DNA from: Schizochytrium sp. TIO01 | Lineage: Eukaryota; Protista; Bigyra: Labyrinthulomycetes | NCBI GenBank assembly: GCA_004764695.1 | Contig: SMSO01000014.1 | Location: 305,648 to 369,647 of the forward strand | Direction of reading: 5' to 3' | DNA: 64,000 nucleotides | Shown: positions 1-11,600 of the stretch, piece after piece | Layout: every line of letters starts with the position of its first letter | Numbering within the stretch: the first letter of the stretch is position 1 | Translations under genes and position numbers: made by a program | The notes under the pieces: model-generated | Seen by the model: the letters and a program-made list of their open reading frames with translations, nothing else | Databases searched by the model: none | What the model was told of the DNA's origin: nothing

Positions 1-456
1 ATCGTTCCAGGTAGTGACGGCGCTTTCTCGTTCGCGCCTCGACAGCAGAGTCATTGCTACGTTTGCTCAGCTCAGCTGTCATCCGTCTTGACTCGCCGTC
101 ACTACCACCTCAGAGTTCTCATTCAGCTCAACCCCCAAGATGCCATCCACGTACCTATGTTTGTTCCTGCCTTGCCAGTTTGCCTGCGCGGCTGCCTGAC
201 GGTGGGTGAATCCGACACAGTCAGACTCTGGCAGGCAGGCCTTGTCTGTGGCAGACCCAGTGGTTCGCTTCGGCGGCTTTGACCAGGTTATCCACATCCA
301 TCGTTGCATTCCTCCACGAGAAAGAAGAACCCCAGGATTGCACTTGCACACCAAACGCAACCCTCGCGACACATCTAAGCGAAGCGGTCTGTCATCGTGC
401 AACCTTGGAAATCGTGCAACCTTGGAATCTTCAATCCCTGCCACCATCACAACCAT
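1..456 (-). pseudogene. Possible decayed or frameshifted WD40-repeat coding fragment running off the window edge
   Basis: ORF 79..456 ends in GILGVELNENSEVVVTASQDG, which resembles a WD40 blade. After a 2-nt shift the sequence continues TAEL (cf. TASxDGTAKLW). VMVAGIEDSKV is a second weak WD-like segment. No intact long ORF. Confidence 0.25.
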
Positions 457-1303
457 GTGAATCCCAACCTCGCAACCATTTGCCTAATCGAAACCTTTGC
501 TGCAGATTTGCAACTCGGGTATATGTACTTCTCTGATATTTGATTCTTTCTTTCTCATAGTTTACTCCGGACCCTGGCCACGTGCGACCGGCACATACGT
601 GCAGACCTTCGCGGACTTGTTTATTCCTCTCTTCCCAAATATCAGAATATACCGGGTCTGGTGGATATTTGGAGGTCCGTGCACACCATAACTGTGGCAA
701 CTATTAGTACTGTGAGTATCTACTAGGAGGTATCTAGTACCTATTACAAACTTAGAGAATTAGTGCAAAGCAACCTCCAGCACAATGGTTGGGTTTCATC
801 GTCACCATCGCGCTGCATAATGATGGCTTGTGCTGCAAAGGCAGTGCGAAGGCAGGCTTAGGCACTGGTTTACACAAGATGCAATCACTCCTGCTGCAAC
901 AGCTACGAAATTCATCAAGCAGAGTAGTTTACTTGAACTCAGTAGGCAGGAAGGGCTGGGCTCACAGTTACCCACGTTCGCGCACAAAAATCTCCATTCG
1001 GAACTAGATAGCAGGTAGATATATACCTAGTACTACACAAGCAAGCAATAGTCCTGGTTACGCACTTTACTTCTGTCGTAGGAAGATTTTCAACATCATA
1101 GTTTCACTACCAGGTTGTAATACATCATGTGTGATGTTCTTGCTACCCCGTTTGCTCTACAGGCAATAGGAGAGAAACTTTAGAGTTAACTCACTCACTC
1201 TCACTTCCTCTCTGACAAAACCAAAGACAGCAGAGCATGGAACCAAGCAGTCACGAATCATTGAGGCAATCTGAATGCCTCCAAAACCCAAACTTACAGC
1301 ACA

Positions 1304-3583
1304 ATGACTTTTGCTACTCAAGGCTCCGTAGTGGATAGGCCAGTCTCCTTTGCAGTGAGTGAGCTGTCCCATGGGAGTGACTTGGACCATGTGCAACATC
1401 AGTCTAGCTTTGACGTGGAGGAGAACAATGACCTTCATGTCCCGGATATTGGACCGTTCTGGCTTGAGCTCATCAATCCGCACAGCCGAGTGCCAAACGT
1501 CATGCTCACTCGCTTTGTGGTCGTCAGTGGACTTTGCGTAGGTCTCCTTGCCATCAGCTTCCTTGGCTTACGTAGTCCAACAGCATGGTCCGTGGGTCTT
1601 GGAGCCCTGGCTGCCTCCCTCATCTTATGGGTCTTCATTATACTTCGCGAAAAAGTATGGCCAAATAATTACCTTGTCGGTAAAAGAACTGGCAAGTATC
1701 CTATGGTCTCTTGGATGGGCTTCAGCTTTATGCTTGAGCTTCTGTACCATATGCTTGGTGAATCATATAACCCCACTTATAAAGATGCTCGTGAAACCCA
1801 CGCCCTGCGATCGCGAGCTCGTGTCTATGATGAGCGTACAAATGCCAAGTATGGCCCGGATGGTCGATTCTTTTTCGATTTTGTCGCCGACACGGGTGAT
1901 GGTTTTGATTCGAGCTACCTTGTAGCATACATGCTTGCACAAAAATCCATTACGGTGGAAGAAAGAGAACCTGACCAACCCCCTAAACTCGTTGAACTAC
2001 CCAGGTCTCAGGTCGTCGTCCATGGAGGAGACATCTGCTACCCTGTTATGACCTACGAGAACTTGCATAGTCGTTTTCTTCAGCCATTCTCTTGGGCGTT
2101 TCCAGAGTCTACATCTAATGGAGAAGCAATGTATCTTGCTGCTGGTAACCACGAATATATCGATGGACTCAAGGGCTATCGCAACTTCTTGCTTCCTGAG
2201 ACATCTATGGGTGGCTGGCGCCTTCCACAAGAGGGCAGCTATTTTGCGATTCGTCTTCCTCGCAACTGGGTAATTTTTGTGATTGATCTAGGTCCCGAAC
2301 CTGAAGACATAGATGACTATCAAAGAGAATGGTTTGACAATGTGGACCTTAGTGATGACGAGCGCATTATCATGCTTTACCACGTTCCGGAGTGGGTCAA
2401 GAATGATTCACTTGGTTACCATGCTATGCCTAAGCTTCGGGAGTGGCGCAAAGGACTTGGAGACCGTGTACGTGCCGTGTTTGCTGGTGACTTGCACTAT
2501 TACCGACGTATGGAAGAAGTCTCTGAGGACGATCCAGATCGAGCATATGAGATGCAGCCAGAGGAGCGCCGTGACCATGGTAAGGGCATTGCGCCATCGA
2601 AAGATTCTGAGATTGCCGCTTATGCAGATGCACATGAGGAATATCCAACTCCTCATCGGGGTCACTCTGGCTTGGAACAAGTCAACTGTAGCAAATCGAG
2701 CGAAAGGCAGTATTACATTGTTGGTATTGGAGGCGCTTTCTGCCATGCAACGCACTTTCCTCGTGTTGATAGGCTTCGACTTTTTAGCCGTCCTGGCCGT
2801 TGTGTAGAGACGCGATGCGACTTCCCTGTCCCTTCGGAGTCAAGGAAGATTTGGAATCGCTCTTGGATAGTCATGTTTTTTACAACAACAAACCGACTTT
2901 ACCTCCGCTTCATCGGAGCATTGTATATGTTCATGTGCATTGGCGTGTACCCTGGCTCGTTTGACCCCAAGTACTCTACTCAGCTCGACGCTTGGATTAT
3001 TGTGGATGTTGTTCAACGAATTTTCGAAACTGGTTTCGTATACCCATGCCTCATTCTAATCATTGCTTATACCAAAGTGATGATTTTTGCCAACTATGAG
3101 CTTCACACAATTCTCCAGTACGCCAAACCTCTTACTCTGTTTGCTTTTCAGGTAATAGGTCATGTCGGGACTGCTTTGTTCTCGCGCGTTGCTACCGATA
3201 TTACCATCATTCAAGTTGTGGGGCTACCTACATCATGGTTAGGCACCTTTCTTTACTGTCTTGTTGCCAATGTTATCATGTACTACCTCGGATATGTCTT
3301 TGGCGGTTTAGTGTTGACAGTGTACTATCGAATCTCCATTGAACAGTTCGGCTGGCACTATAACGAAGCTATTAGTATGATTCAGATCGACGACTTTAAG
3401 GGCTTTTTGCGAGTCGGTATTCAGGAGAATGGTGATCTTGACATTTACACAATTGTCAATAACAAGACTCCTCGTGACTGGCAAGAGGAAAGCTCCGATC
3501 CTAATGTGCCTCGCTATGTATCTGACAAGGTCAAGCCTCATCTTTTAGAGAAGGTTACACTCAGCTACGACAAATCTCCCTGA
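1304..3583 (+). CDS. Membrane-bound calcineurin-like metallophosphoesterase (family known from plants, At4g11800/At4g23000 type)
   Basis: 759-aa ORF. Family motifs FDFVADTGDG, LPRSQVVVHGGDICYP, GNHEYIDGL, GGWRLPQEGSYFAIRLP, GDLHYYRR, GIGGAFCHATH and HYNEAISMIQIDDFKGFLR. Hydrophobic helices flank the catalytic domain. Confidence 0.85.
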   Translation: MTFATQGSVVDRPVSFAVSELSHGSDLDHVQHQSSFDVEENNDLHVPDIGPFWLELINPHSRVPNVMLTRFVVVSGLCVGLLAISFLGLRSPTAWSVGLGALAASLILWVFIILREKVWPNNYLVGKRTGKYPMVSWMGFSFMLELLYHMLGESYNPTYKDARETHALRSRARVYDERTNAKYGPDGRFFFDFVADTGDGFDSSYLVAYMLAQKSITVEEREPDQPPKLVELPRSQVVVHGGDICYPVMTYENLHSRFLQPFSWAFPESTSNGEAMYLAAGNHEYIDGLKGYRNFLLPETSMGGWRLPQEGSYFAIRLPRNWVIFVIDLGPEPEDIDDYQREWFDNVDLSDDERIIMLYHVPEWVKNDSLGYHAMPKLREWRKGLGDRVRAVFAGDLHYYRRMEEVSEDDPDRAYEMQPEERRDHGKGIAPSKDSEIAAYADAHEEYPTPHRGHSGLEQVNCSKSSERQYYIVGIGGAFCHATHFPRVDRLRLFSRPGRCVETRCDFPVPSESRKIWNRSWIVMFFTTTNRLYLRFIGALYMFMCIGVYPGSFDPKYSTQLDAWIIVDVVQRIFETGFVYPCLILIIAYTKVMIFANYELHTILQYAKPLTLFAFQVIGHVGTALFSRVATDITIIQVVGLPTSWLGTFLYCLVANVIMYYLGYVFGGLVLTVYYRISIEQFGWHYNEAISMIQIDDFKGFLRVGIQENGDLDIYTIVNNKTPRDWQEESSDPNVPRYVSDKVKPHLLEKVTLSYDKSP

Positions 3584-4018
3584 ACATACATACATTCGCT
3601 GGGATGAGTTATGACGCCATACTTTTTAATTTTACAATGACCATGCCCATCTTTGAAACTCATACGGCCAGATCCCATAATATATCTTCGCTAACTCCAA
3701 ACTTTCTTACCCGCTTTTCTTGCCATTACTGCGAAAGCCTTTGGCAGTTTTCAATTTTATGAATTTGTGAAATGACCGTGTCCACAAAATACATGAAGAA
3801 AGAGCAAACATGATGACATTGTAAAGCATACTTGTGTTCTAAAACAACGAAAAACTTGGATGATGAGTTTAAAAGGTTCAAGGAAAATAGAAAGGAGACG
3901 ATAGTAGATCAAACTGTGCTGACATAGGTTTTGACAGCATCCACTTATGAAGGAGTATTAAGGCATTGTTGCCATTGAATCATGGAGGAATAGGCTGACG
4001 TGTGGGGATACAGAGTCG

Positions 4019-5107
4019 TCACGCTTTATTCTGTCGGTATGCAGGATAAGGTGCATTTGGAGGAAATTGGACAACAATTTTTCCGCAAGCTTCGTTCGCC
4101 TTTAGGCGAGCGTACGCCGTGTTAATTGCATCGATATCTTCAAAGTTAATGACAGAGTCAATAGATTGTTCTAATTCACCAGCCTCAAACCACTCAGCAA
4201 GCTGTTCAATCTCTTCGTGCCGGGGTTCAACGAATAAAGTGTCGAAATTTCGTCGTTGTACGTTCAGACCAACAGCGTCAGCAATGATTTTGCGCAATTG
4301 GTCAAGTGGGTTAGCATTGACTGCAAAGAATTTTGCGTTGGGGGCTAACAGGGTGTAGCACTGAGGCTCGAACGGCTCTACATCAAGCGGATTACGAGGG
4401 TCAGAAACTGCGTCAACAATCATGTTGCATTCTCCCGGTGCCACTGCATCTGTCAGTTTCTCAGCATCAAGGTTAATGATTGCATCCGGATCAAGCGTCT
4501 CCAGAAAGTCAAGCTTGCTTTCAAAATCTGCCACGATGATTTTTGAAGCGCCCAGCAAACGAGCTTGCCGCACAAACATTGCTCCAGTCGCGTTTGAGGC
4601 GCCAATCACCATAATTGTTTGACCGGAACTGAAATTGTTGTTTCTCAGCGCCTGGTGGGCAGTCAGTCCACTAACGCTAAACGCTGCAGCCTGTTCATTG
4701 GCCATTCCATCCGGGCGGTAAGAGATCTTGTGAGCTTCAGCACGAACAAATTCTGACAGAGCACCTGCTTCACACATGCCCAAGACAACCTGGCCGATTG
4801 CAAAAGGGAACATATGAACCTTATCACCACGCACCCAACCAAGCTTCTCAATGGTGCCAACAAATTCCACACCAACTGGCTCAGACGCCACTTTGCCGGC
4901 CAAGTCCACTGGATTAATTGCAGCGCAATGAACGCGCACAAGTACCTCTGTGGTAGACAACTTGGGGACCTTGAGATTTGAGGCAAGTTCAACCTTAGCC
5001 GAGTTCTCGTCCTTTGCAAAAACCAGCCCACTCATGTATGGATCGCCAACTTTGGCACGGTAAGATTTCCGCCAGATCATCTTACGTAAAGACTCTACGG
5101 TATCCAT
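4019..5107 (-). CDS. Zn-independent medium-chain dehydrogenase/reductase (NADPH:quinone oxidoreductase / RTN4IP1-like)
   Basis: 362 aa. EVLVRVHCAAINPVD, GVEFVGTIEKLG, GALSEFV, AAAFSVSGLTAHQAL, GQTIMVIGAS and terminal GKIVV. The catalytic Zn ligand motif GHE is absent. Confidence 0.88.
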   Translation of the reverse strand: MDTVESLRKMIWRKSYRAKVGDPYMSGLVFAKDENSAKVELASNLKVPKLSTTEVLVRVHCAAINPVDLAGKVASEPVGVEFVGTIEKLGWVRGDKVHMFPFAIGQVVLGMCEAGALSEFVRAEAHKISYRPDGMANEQAAAFSVSGLTAHQALRNNNFSSGQTIMVIGASNATGAMFVRQARLLGASKIIVADFESKLDFLETLDPDAIINLDAEKLTDAVAPGECNMIVDAVSDPRNPLDVEPFEPQCYTLLAPNAKFFAVNANPLDQLRKIIADAVGLNVQRRNFDTLFVEPRHEEIEQLAEWFEAGELEQSIDSVINFEDIDAINTAYARLKANEACGKIVVQFPPNAPYPAYRQNKA

Positions 5108-5468
5108 TTCACAGAGCTGAAGAAATGCTCAGTTAAATGAAGAAGTTCTGAGGAAAATGATATCCTTTTTTGTATGTGCTGTCTCCGACGCTATGGAATC
5201 CAAATCTAGCGTGAGCAAACCAGCTCTTCTTGGTTATACGGAGCTGGTCTCTCAAGTTCGCAAACTCAGGCCTTGCACGCGCCGGATACCTAGAACAGGA
5301 GTCCCTCTGATTGAAGTTCTGCAGCAAAATCAGTTGAACTATCAAAAATTAGGTATCTAAAGGAGGCAAGAGAATACCTTGCGAATGCTTGCGTGAGTTG
5401 AAGATTTATAGCACGGTTTTTAGTGATGCAAGCTTTGCGTCAACGATTTCATACCTTTCCAATATAAT

Positions 5469-5525
5469 AGTTGGTAGGTAGGAGGTACCTACCAACTTTA
5501 GCTAGAGGTAGGTACGTACCTACCT
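5469..5525. repeat. Two adjacent inverted repeats built from GGTA/TACC
   Basis: AGTTGGTAGGTA-ggagg-TACCTACCAACT (12-bp stem, 5469-5497) and the perfect 20-bp palindrome AGGTAGGTACGTACCTACCT (5506-5525). Confidence 0.9.
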
Positions 5526-6167
5526 TTCGCAGATCCATACATTGGGGGCATACTATAAGTTATGGAGGTAGCTCTTGCTTATTGAGGGGGTGCAGCGAGA
5601 TCAACACCCCCCCTACCTAGTGCACTCCTTCTCCTGACTAGAGTTAGCGATCGAGGACATTAATCATATAGAATTGATATGAGTGGGGTATGAAGGGAGA
5701 AGTTTATTTGAAGGACTAGCCAAGGGGGGTGGGTGGTCTCCCAGTACCTAACTTGCGAGCAATCGATCAGAAGAAAAGGAGTGTTGAAGATCAGTTGGAA
5801 GTAATGTTTTCGAGTTGTCGTTGAGAAGGCCCAGATAACATCAAGAAATGATGTGTGCGACTGTACTACGTTAAGTTTTATTTTAAATCAAAATGGGAGG
5901 AAATAATAACGAAAGACGATCAGGAATATGTAGAGATCATGTAGAAAATTTATAAAAGTACAAGTTTGGCTTCGGAGCGTCAAGGCTTCGTCTGTACTGT
6001 CCAACTGGTTGAATTAAAGAATACAACCTTGGCGGACTAACTCGAGAATCGAGGTTCTAATTTACTCTGTGATTCATGCACCCGCAATATATAGATCCCG
6101 ACTCCAATCATGCAGATACAGTTGTTCTGATTGTGTTGTAAAAAATTAAAAGCAAGTTAGCACAACT

Positions 6168-7838
6168 TTAAAGGCTCGCGTTGCTATTTAGGTGATTACC
6201 ACGGATCTGGAGCTGCAGTCGAACTTCTTCAAGGCCAGTGGCGAGAGTCTTTTGCAGTTTCTCAAGCTCCATAATAGGAACAGCATCTAGCTGTTTGCCA
6301 GTAAATTGATTGAGCTTCTCACGCCCCGCTTCGAGTTCACGCTCATACAAATCAAGCTGATTAAAGCGTTTTCGGCCTCGTAGCAAATCGCGATTCGTAT
6401 CTTTGCACACCAAAAGCCAACCAAATGCAGCAAATCCAAATCGAAGAATTATAATCATCACCCATCGCGAAACGGTTCCTTCGAAATCCGAAGAAATGTT
6501 GTACGTCGAGTCTTCGAGATAAGCCTGGGATGTTTCACTGATTTCATCTACCAATGGCCACGTCAGTAGAGTTGTCAAAAGGCAACAGAAAAACATAACC
6601 CAGTACCCAAGCATTTCTACACGCTCTGTTGGACTCCGTTCGGTCCAATGCTGTTTATGATTGCGCTCGGCTGTGACTTTGTCGCACACCCCGACGAACG
6701 AAAAAACTGCCAAAAAGAAGAACATCCGGCGGACTTCCGCGCACAATGGTCCATAGATACTGAGAAGAGTCTCTGTATCACTGATCTGTAGAATGACAAT
6801 CAATTGAAAAAGAGATCCACCAGATAACAAACCCTGGCCAAGCATAAATACGCCCTCAAGGATATACTCAAGTTGGTCCACCAAACTGTGTAAACGTTGT
6901 GGTGAGTATTCTGAGATATCTTCATCTTTTGTACGTTTTCCTTTGGTACGCACACGGCGCCCGTTTTCATCCAACTCGTATAGAACCCTTTGGAATCGGC
7001 CTGCTACAGGATCTTCCACATATACTTCTTCACGCCAGCGCATAGCCCCGCGAGCGCGAAAATTTCGGCTGCCTCCTTGAGGTACAAGGACACGACCACG
7101 GCAATTATCAATCTCTCCACTTCGTTCATAGACAGGATTTGCACTAAAATTGTCCAAATCCGTACAAACTGGAATTGGGGTGTTGTCCAGTACCGGTATC
7201 GCCACAAAATGTTGTGCTTCTTCGCATTTTAATGCGTGGTGTCGGTGCTCAAGATCATCTTTGTCAAGACGTAATGCAAGTTCTTTTCCAGTAATTAAAT
7301 GCCGCGAGGCAGCTTCTCTTCGCCGCGCTTCCTCTTCTTCCTTATTGCGAAGATCTTCAGCCCTTTCCCGTTTCGTTGTTGCGCTGCTCAAGAGCGATTT
7401 TGAAGTACCGTCGCGACCTGACTTTCCAGTACTGGATGATTTAAAGCTTAATTTCCTACCTCTTTTCTTAGTTTTGCTACCAGCGAGTTCCGAATCATCC
7501 GACACATCAGAGTCTGACAAATCTCCTGCACCTCGTTCCTTTTTATTCGAATTTGCAAGGTCTGAGCCTTCTTTACTGGAATCACCCCTATCATCATCAT
7601 TTTCACTTGGAGCTGCGTTGTTATCCTTAGATTTACTTCTGGCTGACGAGGATTTACGACGATCGCCTTTTCGTGTTTTGCTGTCTCCGCGTTCCTTTCT
7701 TGAAGAGCCTTTCTTGCTCTTGCTCGCAGCACCACCACCAAGGTCTTCATCCTCTTCGGAGCTGAGTTCGCTATCGCTCACCTCTGCTGCTTTATTGTTT
7801 TCGGCATCTTTCTTACCACGGGTGAAGCGGCTAAACAT
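6168..7838 (-). CDS. TMEM237: TMEM237-like ciliary transition-zone membrane protein
   Basis: 556 aa. A long charged, disordered N-terminus precedes about 4 TM helices. GQGLLSGGSLFQLIV...LLSIYGPL...MFFFLAVFSFVGVCDK parallels the TMEM237 pattern (HGFLAG.....Y..LA.....LL.L....AFDR). Extra C-terminal coiled coil. Confidence 0.65.
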   Translation of the reverse strand: MFSRFTRGKKDAENNKAAEVSDSELSSEEDEDLGGGAASKSKKGSSRKERGDSKTRKGDRRKSSSARSKSKDNNAAPSENDDDRGDSSKEGSDLANSNKKERGAGDLSDSDVSDDSELAGSKTKKRGRKLSFKSSSTGKSGRDGTSKSLLSSATTKRERAEDLRNKEEEEARRREAASRHLITGKELALRLDKDDLEHRHHALKCEEAQHFVAIPVLDNTPIPVCTDLDNFSANPVYERSGEIDNCRGRVLVPQGGSRNFRARGAMRWREEVYVEDPVAGRFQRVLYELDENGRRVRTKGKRTKDEDISEYSPQRLHSLVDQLEYILEGVFMLGQGLLSGGSLFQLIVILQISDTETLLSIYGPLCAEVRRMFFFLAVFSFVGVCDKVTAERNHKQHWTERSPTERVEMLGYWVMFFCCLLTTLLTWPLVDEISETSQAYLEDSTYNISSDFEGTVSRWVMIIILRFGFAAFGWLLVCKDTNRDLLRGRKRFNQLDLYERELEAGREKLNQFTGKQLDAVPIMELEKLQKTLATGLEEVRLQLQIRGNHLNSNASL

Positions 7839-8671
7839 TGACTTCTTGCAAGCTACTCCAGAACCGCTGTCGTACTGCCCGGATTTTTTGTACGATACCG
7901 GATTGAAGAACCCTTTCGCTCGACTCCTCTCCTTGATTATGGTCTGGTGAACTTCAGAGCTCTGGCGACAAATTTAAAAATGGCATGTAAGAACTGTAAT
8001 CCCAAAAGTTTGGGGATGAATAGGACTTCAGTAATGATCAATAGTTATGCAATTAAAAGAAAAGAAAAGAAAAGTACATAAAGGCTATTCGAAGTTCTTT
8101 TCTTTGCAAGGTTTTGCATGATCAATGAAAATAACGTCGCGAGCCCCACTTAACAACAAGCCCTCTTTCCGCTGCTCCAGGATGGCCCCCTTCTTTGTAC
8201 CAGTATTCCATGCCACCCTTTGGTACGATACCTTTAGTCCTATATATGGAAAAGTATAGTATAGGTGTGTACCGAAATATGACCGTTGGCAGTTTCGAGA
8301 GCACGTACAGCTAGCTCTCAGAGATAATGGCCCGTGCAAAAGAGATACTATAGAGAAATCTACAAGAGGAGCGAGCCCTTGTAATCATGCGAAAGCACTG
8401 TTATAATACCTCGCAATAGGCTTCTTTTAGCTGAAAATAAAATACCCTATAGCATCAAGGAGACGTGTAAAATTTGTTTGATGCGTAGGTTCCTTTTTAA
8501 GCATCTTGAAAAACGAGCATTAGTTTAGGAGGAACTAATAAAATTTTATAGAAGAAGCAGCATTAGAACTACTCAAGACAGTACAAATCGCAGCGGTCGG
8601 CCCGCTTGCGAACACAGGCTTGCGTGTGCGTAGCCTAGGTGGACGCAGCAAACGCGCAAACTTGTGCAACA

Positions 8672-11600
8672 ATGTCTGACGATCACAGTGAGATGGAGCG
8701 CCGAGCTTCGCAAGAGCTGGAGGCTCGAGGAAGTGGCAAGTCAGATCAAGTGATGCTAAGAAATTCGCGAGGTGACGCAGAAACAAAGGAAGGCAAGGAA
8801 TATGAATCCACTGACGGCGGGGACAACGATGATGGCGAGGGCGGCCACCTTGATGATTTAGAGGAGCCTGAAGAATCCTTGAGGGATAGATTTCTCAAGG
8901 AACAAGAATATACATATGAGGGTCTCTTTAGCACCAAGGCCGATAGACTTGAGCTGATCAATCCCGAGGACCTCGACTTGAGTTATCGCACAAATTCACG
9001 AAAGGAAGAACTCTGCTTGGAGTATGTCAATAACTTTGTACGACAATTCGAGTCACTTTTTCCGGAGCGCAAGAAGTTATTTGTGGCGCCCAAGAATGAA
9101 TGTGGCGTGAGGAAGTTTGTCTGTACTACAATTCGCCCAACGCAGCTCCCCTTTCGTTCTCTGTACAATCTCGCAGCCGCGGGAGACTTTTTTGCGCATT
9201 ACATGCAATACGAGCCTCTGGCGAATCCCATCGCTCCTCCTACTCATCTTCCATCTCCTTCCTACACATTAGGTCAGCAGGTTGGTGATTCTTTTGATCT
9301 TGCCGCTTTGTTGTGCTCATACCTTATTGGCTCAGGATACGACGCCTACTGTGTCTATGGATATGCTTCTCGTGATGTAACTCTCCTCAACCGTACTGAC
9401 GAGGTATGCCCTCTCCTACGTGGTAAGCGATTTGTATCCACAGAGTTTGATGAAATCACCCTTGAAGATCTTCGGCCGCCCCAGGCGCAAGAACCCACAG
9501 AGTCCAAAGAGGCTTCAGAAAACGATCCTTCAACAACCACCGCTGCAGGTGAGAGTACTGGTGAAGTGATAATTGGGGAAGAAAATCCTCAAGGAGGTTT
9601 GTCTGGAGATGTTGATCAAGGTCTTACCACCGACACAGCTGGTTTCGCTGGAGGGGAGGAGTCAAAGCTGGGCGAAAGTGAAACCAACTTGAACATGGAT
9701 GAATCTGAGGTGTCTGCTGAAGGCAAAACTTCGGACGAAGCACTCGGTGAAACTGGGGATGCCAATGGAACGACTGCTGATGAAGAGAAACAAGGTGGCA
9801 TTAATGATGAAGCTGCAGCTGCCACTGACGCCGCGATGAGCACTGATGATGGAGCTGGTGCGGCAGCCACTACTGGAGCTGGTGTGGCAAGCGGAGATGT
9901 CTCTCCAGAACAAGCGAAGTCCGCCAGCATTGTTGTTGAAGATGTCGATCCCTACAAGGTCGAGGCATCTGGACTTCGTAAGTCAAAATATCTCCAGAGA
10001 CTCGAGGACGAGCAGCGTCAAATCCAAGAGGCAAAGGAAGCTTCAGAGGCAGGCAATCAATATAACGAGGAAGAGGAAGAGGAGCGACAATGGCTTGCTA
10101 AGCATCGCAAGATCGACGCCGATCCTATCCAAGGTGAACGCATGCACTGCTGGATTCTCATTCGAGCAGGGAAGCGTCAGATGGACAAAACATTCTTTTT
10201 AGAACCCACTACTGGCAAACTTTACAACCTTTATGGAAGTCCATATTTAGGAGTCGAGGCTGTGTGGAACAACAAGAATTACTGGGTAAATATGCAGACT
10301 GACAACGAGGATGATCCCATGAATATTTCTTATAATTTGGAAATTTCACAACATTGGGAGTACATCTTTGTTGATGGATTGAACCAAAGCAAGAATAGCC
10401 AGTCATCTCCAGAGACGGATGTTGAGGTTGACCTTAACCCAGAAGCTTCACTGGATGCTGAAGAGGAAAAACAAGCAGCGGAGGAATCCAAGGAAGAGAA
10501 AGAGGCCATACTCGATTTGCCACCGTCCTGGGTTGGCAAACTTATCCTCGCACGCGAAGGTTTCCGCCGAAAGTATAACACGACAGGTCAGCGTACTCAA
10601 CTCTTTTTAAAGAGTAAACTTGAATCCTATGCTGAACACCTTCACCCGCATGGCCTTGTACAGCGCCTGGTCTTATTTCGTGACCGTGCGCGCACGATGC
10701 CCCTTGAAGTTCGGGAGTACTTTGCCAATCGACGTGACAAACTTTACTGCAGAACGCGATTTCCGCTTCAGGGTCGTGTAGTAGAGGAATTCGCTGAGGG
10801 CCGTAGTAGCGGCTTGAAGACAATTGATGAGGTAGTTGGCAAGAGCCGAGATGTGCTCTTCTATAAGGGGGCCCGTCTTGATGGTCTGGTGCAGCGATAT
10901 GAACTGATGAATGATAAGATCATTGAGCGCTATGAGAACCGCGACGACCATCTCGAATCTCGCTCCATGCGCCTTGCTCCGCTCCTTGATTCACATGGTA
11001 ATAACGGAATTAGCGGTAGTGTGGGTGGAGGAGAATACAAATCATCTGAGTCAGGCGCTGCTTCTAAGCATATCATGACATTGCCGCGGGCGCACCAGGG
11101 TGGCGATCTATCCATCCTAAAGATGAAAGAAGTATTTTCGCGCAACCTCGACTTTGATGCTGATGAGGATATTTGCAAACGAAGCTTCAACCTTGTTGAT
11201 GGAACAATTAGCGTTATTTTTCACTATGCCAAAGGCCGGATCACTCGAAGTTCAAGAGTATTTTACAAAGATGTCAGTATTCCACCTCGTATTGAATTAG
11301 CGGCTACGTTTGCCAAACCACTTCGCCAACGGGAGGTTGATATAGAACTTCAGACCAACTTGCAGGCTGAAAAGGATTGTTACCAGAGTATTCGTGATGC
11401 AGAGCGCGAGCTGCAAGATGTACTTTCTCTGCGAAAGCGTGAAGAGGCCAATGTTATCCTTGACAAAAGCATCTTCGATACAGCTCGTGAACGTGCCAAA
11501 CAGCAGATCGTCAAGGATACTGAACTAAAGGAAGAGGAGGCCAAGAACCCCTTGCATGTGGATTACCTCACACCGTTCTTGCAAGACATTAAGGACTTTT

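Noticed and set aside
1-282. Plus-strand frame with HCYVCSAQLSSVLTRRHYH, resembling a FYVE domain
   Set aside because: It lacks the RHHCRxCG core and the remaining Cys pairs, and it competes with a WD40-like reading on the other strand.
7150-7950. 266-aa plus-strand ORF
   Set aside because: Antisense shadow of the low-complexity N-terminus of the TMEM237-like gene; Ser/Leu-rich with no motifs.
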